From IMG/VR virus record IMGVR_UViG_3300021093_000045, positions 1-64,000 of that record: a stretch of DNA of 64,000 nucleotides. One strand, 5' to 3'. This document shows positions 50,223 to 59,795 of the stretch, one piece after another. The notes under the pieces were generated by a model. It saw nothing but the letters and a program-made list of their open reading frames with translations. It was not told the DNA's origin and did no database searches. The stretch is from a virus. Numbering within the stretch: position 1 is the first letter of the stretch; each line of letters opens with the position of its first letter. Made by a program: the position numbers and the translations under genes.

Positions 50223-50870
50223 ATGAAAAGAGCATTAGGTAAAAGCAATCTCGATATTATTAAAGATTACGTGGATGGTAATCGTCCATTCGTGCAAGTT
50301 GGTTATGATTCTAATCTTGAAAATAGTAAACGCAAAGAAGGTGATGAGTGGGAGGATGGGCAGGGACGGAAGTGGATTTGGAAAAATGGTAGTAAACGCC
50401 GTGTTTCAAAACGAGCATCAATCGTTGTGGAACAACGTTGTAAACACTGCAATATGGATGTTCGATGGGGTAGTTATTTGGATGATAGAACATGGCCAAA
50501 GTCTGGATTATGTTATGAATGTTTTATAAATGAAGAAACTCATCTTAAAAAATTGGGTATTTGGGATACATTCAACAAAATCCGTGAACTCAAGAATATA
50601 AAATCAGCATTGTTGGATTATAAGAATAAATTTGAAGAGGCTAAAAACTGGTGTGACCAAAATCATAATAAACCAGTTGAATTTCTTGAAGAAGATGGAT
50701 CTATAGAACATTGGGAAGGAGTGCCAGATATGTCAAAAATCCGTGAAAATATAGAGTTAGACTTAACAGCCGTAGTAAAAAGATTAGAAAATATAGATGC
50801 TGAGATTAGTGAATTAGAAACAAAATATGAGTCAGCAAAACTTAAGAGAGATAATAAAGCAAGAATATAA
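50223..50870 (+). CDS. Zn-finger hypothetical protein upstream of terminase
   Basis: CKHC and CYEC pairs; C-terminal coiled coil. Confidence 0.8.
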   Translation: MKRALGKSNLDIIKDYVDGNRPFVQVGYDSNLENSKRKEGDEWEDGQGRKWIWKNGSKRRVSKRASIVVEQRCKHCNMDVRWGSYLDDRTWPKSGLCYECFINEETHLKKLGIWDTFNKIRELKNIKSALLDYKNKFEEAKNWCDQNHNKPVEFLEEDGSIEHWEGVPDMSKIRENIELDLTAVVKRLENIDAEISELETKYESAKLKRDNKARI

Positions 50871-52440
50871 AAAATGTATTGAAAATCCTATATACTTCAT
50901 AAAGAAGTATGTAAAGATTCAACATCCCATACGTGGTACAGTTGGATTTGAATTGTATCCATTTCAAGAGAAGGCATTACAAGACTTTGTTGATAATCAA
51001 TTGAACATTGTTCTTAAAAGTCGTCAGATGGGTATTAGCACTCTTACTGCTGCTTATAGTTTATGGTTAATGACATTCCATAATGATAAGAATATTTTAT
51101 GTATTAGTATAACACAGGAAACCGCAAAGGAAATCGTTACCAAGGTAAGATTTGCTAATGATAATCTTCCTAGTTGGTTAAAAGTGCCATGTGTGGAAGA
51201 TAATAGATTGTCACTGAGATTAAAGAATGGATCACAAATTAAAGCTGTCTCATCGGCTGGCACAGCAGGTCGTTCATCAGCATTATCATTGTTAATTATA
51301 GACGAAGCTGCGTTTATTGATGGTATAGAAGAAATTTGGTTATCATCACAATATACTTTATCTACTGGTGGTAGATCGATTATATTAAGTACACCGAACG
51401 GCGTTGGTAACTTTTTTCATAAAACATGGATTGAATCGGAAGAAAACGAAAAGTCTGGTAAAAAAGGATTCAAAACAATAAAATTGCCATGGCATTTACA
51501 TCCAGAAAGAGATCAATCGTGGAGAGATAATCAGACAGAATTATCAGGTGTAAAGGGTGCTGCGCAAGAATGTGATTGTGATTTTAGTACATCAGGCAAT
51601 CAAGTAGTTAGTGTTGATGTATTGGAATTTTATAAACAAACATACATAAAAGATCCTATAGAAAGGCGAGGTAATAATCAAGATTTATGGATATGGGATT
51701 ACCCAAATTATAGCAAGAATTATTTAGTGACAGCTGATTGTGCTAGAGGCGATGGTGCAGATTTCAGCGCTTTTCATGTTATAGATGTTGATACTATGGA
51801 ACAAGTTGCAGAATATAAAGGGCAATTAACTACAAAAGATTATGGCAATCTATTAGTAACTATTGCTACTGAATATAATAATGCACTATTAGTTGTAGAA
51901 AACAATAACGTTGGTTGGGGTACACTTCAACAGATTATTGACAGAAATTATCCTCATACGTTTTATAGTTCAAGTGATCTCACAATTGTGGATGTGGAAA
52001 AAACATATAGCAACAAATTACATGCACAAGATAAAAAGATGGTTGCTGGATTTACTACAACTACTAAAAACAGACCATTAGTTGTAAGTAATTTGGAGTT
52101 ATTTTTTAGACAAAAACAAGTAATTATTAAATCGAAACGATTATATGAAGAGTTGAATGTTTTTATTTGGAATGGACCAAAAGCAGAAGCACTACGTGGC
52201 TACAATGATGATTTGGTAATGTCTATGGGAATAGGATTATGGGTACGTGAAACTGCACTTAGACTTAGAAATGATCAGATTGCTTACAATAGACAAATGT
52301 TAGCAGGCATTAGTAAAGTATCCAGCGTTCATAATTCTCCTATATTAACAAAACCATTTGGTTCTCCTACAGAAGGGTGGGATTTCAACCCAAATGCTAA
52401 TATAAACAGTAAAAAAGAAAGTTTAACTTGGTTGTTATAA
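50827..52440 (+). CDS. terminase large subunit (gp17-like)
   Basis: LYPFQ, KSRQMGIST, LIIDEAAF, STPNG, ADCARGDG.DFS, E.NN.G, NDDLVM. Confidence 0.96.
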   Translation: MSQQNLREIIKQEYKKCIENPIYFIKKYVKIQHPIRGTVGFELYPFQEKALQDFVDNQLNIVLKSRQMGISTLTAAYSLWLMTFHNDKNILCISITQETAKEIVTKVRFANDNLPSWLKVPCVEDNRLSLRLKNGSQIKAVSSAGTAGRSSALSLLIIDEAAFIDGIEEIWLSSQYTLSTGGRSIILSTPNGVGNFFHKTWIESEENEKSGKKGFKTIKLPWHLHPERDQSWRDNQTELSGVKGAAQECDCDFSTSGNQVVSVDVLEFYKQTYIKDPIERRGNNQDLWIWDYPNYSKNYLVTADCARGDGADFSAFHVIDVDTMEQVAEYKGQLTTKDYGNLLVTIATEYNNALLVVENNNVGWGTLQQIIDRNYPHTFYSSSDLTIVDVEKTYSNKLHAQDKKMVAGFTTTTKNRPLVVSNLELFFRQKQVIIKSKRLYEELNVFIWNGPKAEALRGYNDDLVMSMGIGLWVRETALRLRNDQIAYNRQMLAGISKVSSVHNSPILTKPFGSPTEGWDFNPNANINSKKESLTWLL

Positions 52441-52465
52441 ATACTTATATATATGGCGGTAAGAT

Positions 52466-54343
52466 ATGACTGATAAATCATTTCAAGAATTAAAGAATAG
52501 ATCGCTTTTTGCAAGATTAAAACGTCTTTTTAGTAATGATGTTATTGTACGTAATATTGGTGGTAAGAAATTAAAGGTAATTGACACTGATGAAATTCAA
52601 TATGCTACAGATCGTAATAGTTTAAGAGATCGTTTTAATCGTCTTAGAACTACCGCATATAATCAATATACCCGTGACTTTAATCTTAGCTATCAAAGTA
52701 GTCGTGTAGAACTATTTCGCGATTATGATACAATGGATATGGATCCAATTCTCGCATCTGCATTAGACATTTATTCGGATGAATGTACAAGTAAAAATGA
52801 ATTGGGTGACATTATCTCTGTTCAATCTTCGAATGATGATATCAAACAAATATTAAACAATTTATTTTATGATATTCTTAATATTGAGTTTAATCTTTGG
52901 TCTTGGACTCGTAGCATGGTCAAGTATGGCGATTTTTATTTAAGGTTACATATCAGTCCAGAATATGGCGTATACATGGTTGAACCACTTAGTTCATATT
53001 ATGTTACTCGTATTGAAAATGCACATCTACAAAATAAGAATTTTGTTAAGTTTCAAGTTAATCTTCCATATGGTAATAAAATTGAAGATCTTGAGAACTA
53101 TCAAATTGCACACTTTCGTTTACTGAGTGATAGTAACTTCTTACCTTATGGTAAGAGTATGTTAGAAGGTGCTCGCCGTGTTTGGAAACAATTGAGTTTA
53201 ATGGAAGATGCAATGTTGATTCATCGCATCATGCGTGCTCCAGAAAAACGTATTTTTAAAGTCGATATTGGTAATATTCCTCCAAATGAAGTTGATAATC
53301 ACATGGAACGAATTATTGCGCAAATGAAAAAGACTCCATATTTGGATCAACAAACTGGTGACTATAATTTACGTTTTAACCTTCAAAACATGGTTGAAGA
53401 CTTTTTCCTACCAGTTCGTGGTGGCGATAGTGGTACAAGTATTGATAATTTGCCTGGACTAGAATGGACAGGTACAGATGATATTGAATATCTACGCAAT
53501 AAGATGATGTCAGCACTTAAGATTCCAAAGGCATTCTTGGGGTATGATGAATCATTATCTGGTAAGGCTACATTGGCGGCTGAAGATATTCGTTTTGCTA
53601 GAACAATTCAACGTGTACAACGTATTATTGTTAGTGAATTGAACAAGATTGCGGTAATTCATTTGTATAGTCAAGGATATAGAGATGAATCGTTGGTAGA
53701 CTTTAGTTTACAATTAACAAACCCATCTACTATCTTTGAAAAGGAAAAGATTGATGTTTGGAAAAGCAAAGTAGAAGTAGCCAAAGACATGCAAGAACAA
53801 AAATTGTTCAGCAAAAAATGGATTTATGATAACGTATTTAGCATGTCTGAGCAAGATATGATTAATTTACAAAAACAATTAATCGATGATGCTAAAGGAA
53901 TTTATAGATTTAAACAAATTGAAGAAGATGGTAATGATCCAGCTTTAGCATTCTTAAAATCAAAGGGAGAAGAATCTGGAGGCACTGATACTGGTGGAGA
54001 TGCGGGTAGTGGCGAAACTGGAGGAACTGAGTCTGGCAGTGAGGCTGGTGGTACACCCCCAGAATCATCTGGTGGTGGAAGTGAAACTCCAAAATTAACT
54101 GAAAAGAAAAGAGATCAAACTGGTAGAAAGGATGCTAGTAAATACCCATTCGGAGAAGACCCATTTGGTAATTTAGAAAACAAGAGAGTTAGCGATTTAT
54201 CACCAACGCACAAATATAAAAATAAATCACCGTTGTCGCTAGAGTCATTGTCGGTTTTGTTAAAAGATTTCGAAACCAAGGAAGTTTTGAAAGAGTCTGT
54301 AAAAAAACCATCTTTTATGGACGAAAATAATATAAAAGAATAA
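52466..54343 (+). CDS. portal protein (gp20-like)
   Basis: KQL.LMEDAMLIHRI.RAPEKRIF.VDIGN.P, EDFFLP.RGG..GT.I..LPG, DIEYL..K...ALKIP. Confidence 0.96.
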   Translation: MTDKSFQELKNRSLFARLKRLFSNDVIVRNIGGKKLKVIDTDEIQYATDRNSLRDRFNRLRTTAYNQYTRDFNLSYQSSRVELFRDYDTMDMDPILASALDIYSDECTSKNELGDIISVQSSNDDIKQILNNLFYDILNIEFNLWSWTRSMVKYGDFYLRLHISPEYGVYMVEPLSSYYVTRIENAHLQNKNFVKFQVNLPYGNKIEDLENYQIAHFRLLSDSNFLPYGKSMLEGARRVWKQLSLMEDAMLIHRIMRAPEKRIFKVDIGNIPPNEVDNHMERIIAQMKKTPYLDQQTGDYNLRFNLQNMVEDFFLPVRGGDSGTSIDNLPGLEWTGTDDIEYLRNKMMSALKIPKAFLGYDESLSGKATLAAEDIRFARTIQRVQRIIVSELNKIAVIHLYSQGYRDESLVDFSLQLTNPSTIFEKEKIDVWKSKVEVAKDMQEQKLFSKKWIYDNVFSMSEQDMINLQKQLIDDAKGIYRFKQIEEDGNDPALAFLKSKGEESGGTDTGGDAGSGETGGTESGSEAGGTPPESSGGGSETPKLTEKKRDQTGRKDASKYPFGEDPFGNLENKRVSDLSPTHKYKNKSPLSLESLSVLLKDFETKEVLKESVKKPSFMDENNIKE

Positions 54344-54405
54344 AAGAAAAGTATAAATAGCGAATAATTTTAATCTTTACATATATTTATATTTAATTGG
54401 AACTT

Positions 54406-55281
54406 ATGCATAAGAAAGCGAAACATTCTAAGTTTAAAAATAGCGGAGTGCTATTTGAATTACTTACCCGACAAATAACGTCTGATATTCTTGCCGGACG
54501 TGATGAAACATTCACGAAAAATCTAATGTTCAATTATTTCAACGAGTCAAAGGAGTTGGGTAAAGAGTTCCAATTATACAACTTTATATCATCACAATCT
54601 TCTAGGAATCCAGAATCGGCAGATCGTATTTTAGATGTTGTTTTGCAGACTCGTTCTAAGATTAATAGTCGTGAATTAAATAAACAAAAGTATAATTTGG
54701 TAAAAGAAATAAAAGAAAAGTATAATATCGATGAGTTCCTAAAGAATAAGATTCCAAATTATAAGTTGTATGCATCAATATATAAATTGTTTGAAAATGA
54801 AAATGTTAATGAGGTAAAGTTTGGGGTGGAAGAATTAATCGAATCAAGAGAATATGTTGTTGAGAATTTGACTAAGATAAAAAAGAATGAATCACAACCA
54901 CTTGATTTGTATAGTTCTCAAACTGCTGAAGTTCGTTTGATTGCTTATAAGTTCCTAATTGAAAACTTCAACAAAAAGTATAGTAATTTACTACCTGACC
55001 AAAAACGTTTGTTGAAAGAATATATCACAAATGTATCAAATACAAATAAATTTACTGAATTTGTGAATCTTGAATACAAAAGAGTATCTGGTATATTGAA
55101 AGAAAGTTCATCTAAGATTGTTAATAATGATATTATTAAGATTAAATTAAACGAGACTATTACACAACTTTCAAATAAAACCATAAATGGATTGGTAAAA
55201 GAAAACCAATTGACATCACTCTTAACTGCATATGAATTAATTGAGGAACTGAATAAGATTCAAAATGAAAAATCATCTTAA
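54406..55281 (+). CDS. hypothetical head-module protein
   Basis: Helical ORF between portal and protease, TATTTATA upstream; alternative TTG start at 54397. Confidence 0.85.
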   Translation: MHKKAKHSKFKNSGVLFELLTRQITSDILAGRDETFTKNLMFNYFNESKELGKEFQLYNFISSQSSRNPESADRILDVVLQTRSKINSRELNKQKYNLVKEIKEKYNIDEFLKNKIPNYKLYASIYKLFENENVNEVKFGVEELIESREYVVENLTKIKKNESQPLDLYSSQTAEVRLIAYKFLIENFNKKYSNLLPDQKRLLKEYITNVSNTNKFTEFVNLEYKRVSGILKESSSKIVNNDIIKIKLNETITQLSNKTINGLVKENQLTSLLTAYELIEELNKIQNEKSS

Positions 55282-56353
55282 AAAGTCTAGCGATTCGTTT
55301 GGAGAAGTTGTAAAAAAATATGCTCAAATTTATCGTGAAAAAATAGAAAATCAGGTAGATGCCGAGTTAAAGAAGAATGAGGCTAGTACAACGGGCACTA
55401 TGGGCGTTGCTACAGGCGGAGCGCATATGGGTGGTGATATTGGTACTACACCATTTGCTTTTAATAGAAAAGGTGCTAGACCAAGCGTTGTACATCAAGC
55501 CGGATTTACACCTACTAAGAAAGTTAAAAAAAGTCAAAATTATAAGTTGGAAAATCAAATGTATAGTGAACCAGCTTATGTAACACCTGCTCAAAATATT
55601 GAACCAGTATCTACCTATAGAGATCAAAATGGTTTAGTACAACATGGTGATCCTGAATTGGATCCTGGTTTAGCAGGTCATGAACAAGGTCAATTGCCAA
55701 TGACCGAACAAGCTATTAAACTTGTCAAAAAAATACGTAAAGAAGGCGTTGGTGGTTTAATTTATAAATTACAACATGAAGTTGAAGGTCAACCAGTTGC
55801 GGAACCAGCAACCGCTGCGTCAACAGCTCAACCTAATCCAGTCGCAACAAAACCAAAAACATCAAATGTAGATATAAATGTTCAATCGTATAATGTACAA
55901 ACCGATTTTACAGATTTTGATTCAAAATTAAAGGATAGTACTGAACAATTAAAGACTAATTTACAAAGAAAAATTCAAGATGCTATTTTGGATAAAAAGA
56001 TAGTTGTGCGTGCTAGTAAGGGATATAAACAACCAGAAGCAGATTATACAATCAACGTTACAGGAGTAAATATTGATTATTATTATGATAGATATGTAAT
56101 TGTAATAACGGGTCGCGAAGAAAGTAAACAAAAAGTTGCTAAGTTCTTTATTAAACCAGGATTTAAAATCAGAATTTTAGGAAAGGCAGATGTGAAACCT
56201 AAAGATCAATATCAAATTGCTAAATCAAAGGCTTTGGTTGATCCAAATAAACAAGTTGTTACACAACCATCAAATGTTGTAACATCTGACGAGCCTGCAG
56301 TTGCTAAACAAACCGCTGGTGAAAAGCCACCAGGAACTCAACCTACTGCTTAA
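55265..56353 (+). CDS. hypothetical head-module protein
   Basis: 362-aa ORF coupled to neighbours; low-complexity stretches suggest a prohead core/internal protein. Confidence 0.8.
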   Translation: MKNHLKKSSDSFGEVVKKYAQIYREKIENQVDAELKKNEASTTGTMGVATGGAHMGGDIGTTPFAFNRKGARPSVVHQAGFTPTKKVKKSQNYKLENQMYSEPAYVTPAQNIEPVSTYRDQNGLVQHGDPELDPGLAGHEQGQLPMTEQAIKLVKKIRKEGVGGLIYKLQHEVEGQPVAEPATAASTAQPNPVATKPKTSNVDINVQSYNVQTDFTDFDSKLKDSTEQLKTNLQRKIQDAILDKKIVVRASKGYKQPEADYTINVTGVNIDYYYDRYVIVITGREESKQKVAKFFIKPGFKIRILGKADVKPKDQYQIAKSKALVDPNKQVVTQPSNVVTSDEPAVAKQTAGEKPPGTQPTA

Positions 56354-56354
56354 T

Positions 56355-56957
56355 ATGAAACAAATATTAATTGATGTATTACCATTCAAATTTAAAAAAA
56401 CTTCATTAAATGAGTCTTTAAAAGACGGCAAATTATTAGTTAGTGGAGTATTACAACGTGCTGACGCAAAGAACCAAAATGGTCGTTTATATCCAGAAGA
56501 CGTATTAAAACGTGAAGCTGACAAGTATATGGAAAACTTTGTAAAGCAACGTCGTGCTATGGGCGAACTTGACCATCCAGAATCGTCCGTTGTTAATTTA
56601 AAGAATGTTAGCCATAACATTGTTGACATGGGATGGGATGGTAAAGATTTGGTTGGTACTGTAGAAATTCTTCCTACACCCAGTGGTAATATTTTAAAAG
56701 ATCTATTACAATCTGGTATTCTATTGGGTATTAGTAGTCGTGGTCTAGGTAGTGTAAAGAAAGATATGCGTGAAGGTGCTGATATTGTACAAGATGATTT
56801 TGATTTAATTGCTTTTGACTTTGTAAGCAATCCAAGCACACAAGGTGCATTCATGTATCCACAAGGTAAAATCAACGAAAGTGTAGATAATAAAATTATC
56901 GTAAATCCTTATACAAATGCAGAAAGATTAATTCATAATATTCTTTCCGAATTGTAA
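56355..56957 (+). CDS. prohead core protease (gp21-like; start probably 56355)
   Basis: KNQNGRLYP, GELDHP, VSH, TPSG.IL, GISSRG.GS, FDFVS.PS. Confidence 0.96.
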   Translation: MKQILIDVLPFKFKKTSLNESLKDGKLLVSGVLQRADAKNQNGRLYPEDVLKREADKYMENFVKQRRAMGELDHPESSVVNLKNVSHNIVDMGWDGKDLVGTVEILPTPSGNILKDLLQSGILLGISSRGLGSVKKDMREGADIVQDDFDLIAFDFVSNPSTQGAFMYPQGKINESVDNKIIVNPYTNAERLIHNILSEL

Positions 56958-56979
56958 TTTAACTAATATTTATATTCAT

Positions 56980-57444
56980 ATGATAAAGCTAAAACATCTA
57001 GTAGAGAATTCAACCGAAGTTGCTTATACTCCTCTTACAAAAGAAGAAAAAGTAAAGCTATATGAAACCATCAAAGCTTATAATGAATATCGCAAGAGCT
57101 TAAAGGCTGAATCTATTTATGAAACAGCACATAAAATTATTGATGTGATTAATTTAGCCGAGCGTTACACACTAAAGGAGTGTGGTGATTGGATGGAAGC
57201 TAAGATGGTTGAACGTGATATGAAAGAAGTAAAGAGGATGGCCGGTAAACTTTACGAAGAATCACAAAAGATTAAAGAAATAGAACACAAACTTGAAATG
57301 CTTTATGAAGAAATCGGTATGAAACTAGAACGTTATTTTGAGATTGCGGATCCAATTACGGAATCTCCTCAATCGTATCAAGTACAAGGTAGACCTGATT
57401 CAGTTAGCATTGTTTCTTCAAGAGATATCGACCAACCTAATTAA
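56980..57444 (+). CDS. hypothetical helical head protein
   Basis: MIKLKHLVE N-terminus, TATTTATA upstream. Confidence 0.8.
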   Translation: MIKLKHLVENSTEVAYTPLTKEEKVKLYETIKAYNEYRKSLKAESIYETAHKIIDVINLAERYTLKECGDWMEAKMVERDMKEVKRMAGKLYEESQKIKEIEHKLEMLYEEIGMKLERYFEIADPITESPQSYQVQGRPDSVSIVSSRDIDQPN

Positions 57445-57872
57445 AATATCTTTGTTGGAATATTATCAATAAATTCCAATAGTTTATTAAAACTTTCAAA
57501 TACGTAACGACGAGTTGTTTCTAAAACATATCCGTCTTCTTCTTTATAAATCTTAACAAATTGTTTTTCATTTTCCATTTCAAGTGATGGAATCTCTACT
57601 TCGCAGGTCATATCATAGTCATTATCCATTTTGAACCCCATGTGACCTAATGTATCAAGTTCATTAAATGACCATCCGTTTGGATTATCGATATCCATTA
57701 TTTTATATTTAGGATTATCTTCAGTTTCTACATTAAGAAAGTTTTTCATTTTCATAGTTGTAGGTCTATAGTTAAAATCATGATTATCTCTATCTTTATT
57801 AATAATAAATTTCAAATTACTATCTTGTGATTCAATGTAATTTTTAAATTTTGGATTATAATTATAGGCCAT
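57441..57872 (-). CDS. hypothetical protein (start probably 57872)
   Basis: Minus-strand ORF coupled to 57862-58479; no competing + strand gene. Confidence 0.7.
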   Translation of the reverse strand: MAYNYNPKFKNYIESQDSNLKFIINKDRDNHDFNYRPTTMKMKNFLNVETEDNPKYKIMDIDNPNGWSFNELDTLGHMGFKMDNDYDMTCEVEIPSLEMENEKQFVKIYKEEDGYVLETTRRYVFESFNKLLEFIDNIPTKIF

Positions 57873-58479
57873 ATGAGTTAATTCTATCAATAAAGTCTGA
57901 TAAGACTTTGGTTTTCCCAGATTCATCATCTTCAAAAATATTACTTAGTGTATAAAACACTTTATCTTCAGGTTTATCTGTATCATCTGACATAATTCTG
58001 ATAAAACAAGCATAGTTATAAAGACCTTTATTTTGATTATTGGCTAACTTTTTGAAGACAAATTTTTTTGAAGAATCATTACTATGTATATCCGCGATGA
58101 TTTCACCGGTGCTTCTTTTGTGTATAAAATTTGTTTTTCCAAACCCAGCAAATCCATTTTGTTTGGATTGAAATACTAATAATTCTTTTTGATTAAATGG
58201 TAGACCAACATTTTCTCTTAATACTTGGTCAAACGGTTTATCAATGATTTCTTTTGCCTTACTAAGAGTATATTCAGATCCACTTTCTTTGTATCCTTCT
58301 TTTAATTTGTGAAGTATTTCTTTAATTTTGATAAAATGATTCACACTAGTTGGTTTGATTGTTTTTGCCATTTTAAGAATTTGTGGAGATACTTTATTTG
58401 GTGATATATCACCTTTTTGTAATCCACGTACTAATCTGAATAGTCTTGCTTGTTTTTCACTTTTAGCAGGCATATACAA
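57862..58479 (-). CDS. hypothetical protein (MPAKSEKQ N-terminus)
   Basis: 205-aa ORF with TATTTAT upstream on the minus strand. Confidence 0.8.
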   Translation of the reverse strand: MYMPAKSEKQARLFRLVRGLQKGDISPNKVSPQILKMAKTIKPTSVNHFIKIKEILHKLKEGYKESGSEYTLSKAKEIIDKPFDQVLRENVGLPFNQKELLVFQSKQNGFAGFGKTNFIHKRSTGEIIADIHSNDSSKKFVFKKLANNQNKGLYNYACFIRIMSDDTDKPEDKVFYTLSNIFEDDESGKTKVLSDFIDRINSYGL

Positions 58480-58622
58480 TAAATATGATTTTTTTTAATA
58501 TATTATGCATTTTAATTATATTTATTTATTAAATACGTCAATCATTTGATGTCTACAAAAAATCAATCTTCTTTGGAGTTCTATAATAACTTCACAAACA
58601 ATATAAGAAAGGTAAAATTAAT

Positions 58623-59744
58623 ATGAGCGATCTATTAAAGGAAAGCATCGCAGACGCAAAGGCAGTTCGTGAAACTGCAATTGCTAATGCAAAAACTTTT
58701 CTTGAGGAAAATTTTGCTAAGAGCATGAAAGAAATGTTCGCAGACCAACTCAAGAAAGAAATGGTTGAAGAAGAAAACACCGAAACTAAAGAAGGTAAAG
58801 TTGAAGAAAAGTTAGCTTCATCCGGTATCGGCGGTGAAAAGGGTAATACTGCTGATACGCAACATCCAAAATCTCCATCTGCTTCGGCTAACAAGACATC
58901 AACCGAAACAAGTGGTAACGAAACTGAAGTTGCTAAGCTTGAAGAAGAAGAGGGTGCCGAAGTAACCAGCGAAGAACTTGAAGAAATTCTAGCAGAGCTA
59001 GAAGGTGAGGTCGGACACAGACATGATGACACAGACAAACCAGAGAAAGACGAAAGCATCAATAAAGATGCGGATGGCCTGGAGGAAATGGATGATATGG
59101 ATGAAACAGTAAATTTAGATGAACTTCTAGCAGAACTAGAAACTGAAGAAGAAAACGTCGATCCAGCCGCTGCTGCCGTAGCAGCTCCAGCAGCTCCAGC
59201 CGCTCCTGTTGCTCCAGCTGCAGCTGCTCCAGAAGCAGTTCCAGCCGCATCCGCAGCTCCTGCCCCAGGTCAAGTTCCATCACCATCTGAAGGGGATGTA
59301 ACCTGTGAAGAAATGGCAGAAGCTCTAGTAGCTATTAATGAAGAAAACGAAGCATTGAAGAACCAATTGAGTGAACACGTAGAAACTGTCAAGTATTTGA
59401 AAGGTGTTCTATCAGAAACCAATTTGTTAAATGCTAAGTTGCTATACACCAACAAGTTGTTCAAGGGCAAGACTTTGACCGAAGAACAAAAGTTGAAGAT
59501 TATTAACACTTTCGACTTGACTAAAAATATTCGTGAAGTCAAGTTGGCATATACAGTTTTGGCCGAATCAATTAATGGAGGTGGATCAGTTGTTAAAAAG
59601 AAGACAAATGCAACTGTAAGTACTATCACCGAAGGTTTGGCAAGCAAACCAGTATCCAGCACAAAGCCTGAATCTACCATTGTAGAACCTCAAGCTGATG
59701 TGATGGCTTCAAGATTCCAAAAGCTCGCAGGAATTAAGAAGTAA
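58623..59744 (+). CDS. prohead scaffolding protein (gp22-like)
   Basis: Acidic/Ala-Pro linker and coiled coil, directly upstream of the MCP; gaaagg RBS. Confidence 0.85.
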   Translation: MSDLLKESIADAKAVRETAIANAKTFLEENFAKSMKEMFADQLKKEMVEEENTETKEGKVEEKLASSGIGGEKGNTADTQHPKSPSASANKTSTETSGNETEVAKLEEEEGAEVTSEELEEILAELEGEVGHRHDDTDKPEKDESINKDADGLEEMDDMDETVNLDELLAELETEEENVDPAAAAVAAPAAPAAPVAPAAAAPEAVPAASAAPAPGQVPSPSEGDVTCEEMAEALVAINEENEALKNQLSEHVETVKYLKGVLSETNLLNAKLLYTNKLFKGKTLTEEQKLKIINTFDLTKNIREVKLAYTVLAESINGGGSVVKKKTNATVSTITEGLASKPVSSTKPESTIVEPQADVMASRFQKLAGIKK

Positions 59745-59795
59745 TTAGTTTGCGAGTATTAACAAACCAAAAAGATAAAAAAAGGAAAAAATATT

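Noticed and set aside
56270-59680. Antisense ORFs over the protease and scaffold genes (201, 156, 136 aa)
   Set aside because: Overlap well-supported + strand head genes and show no recognisable motifs.
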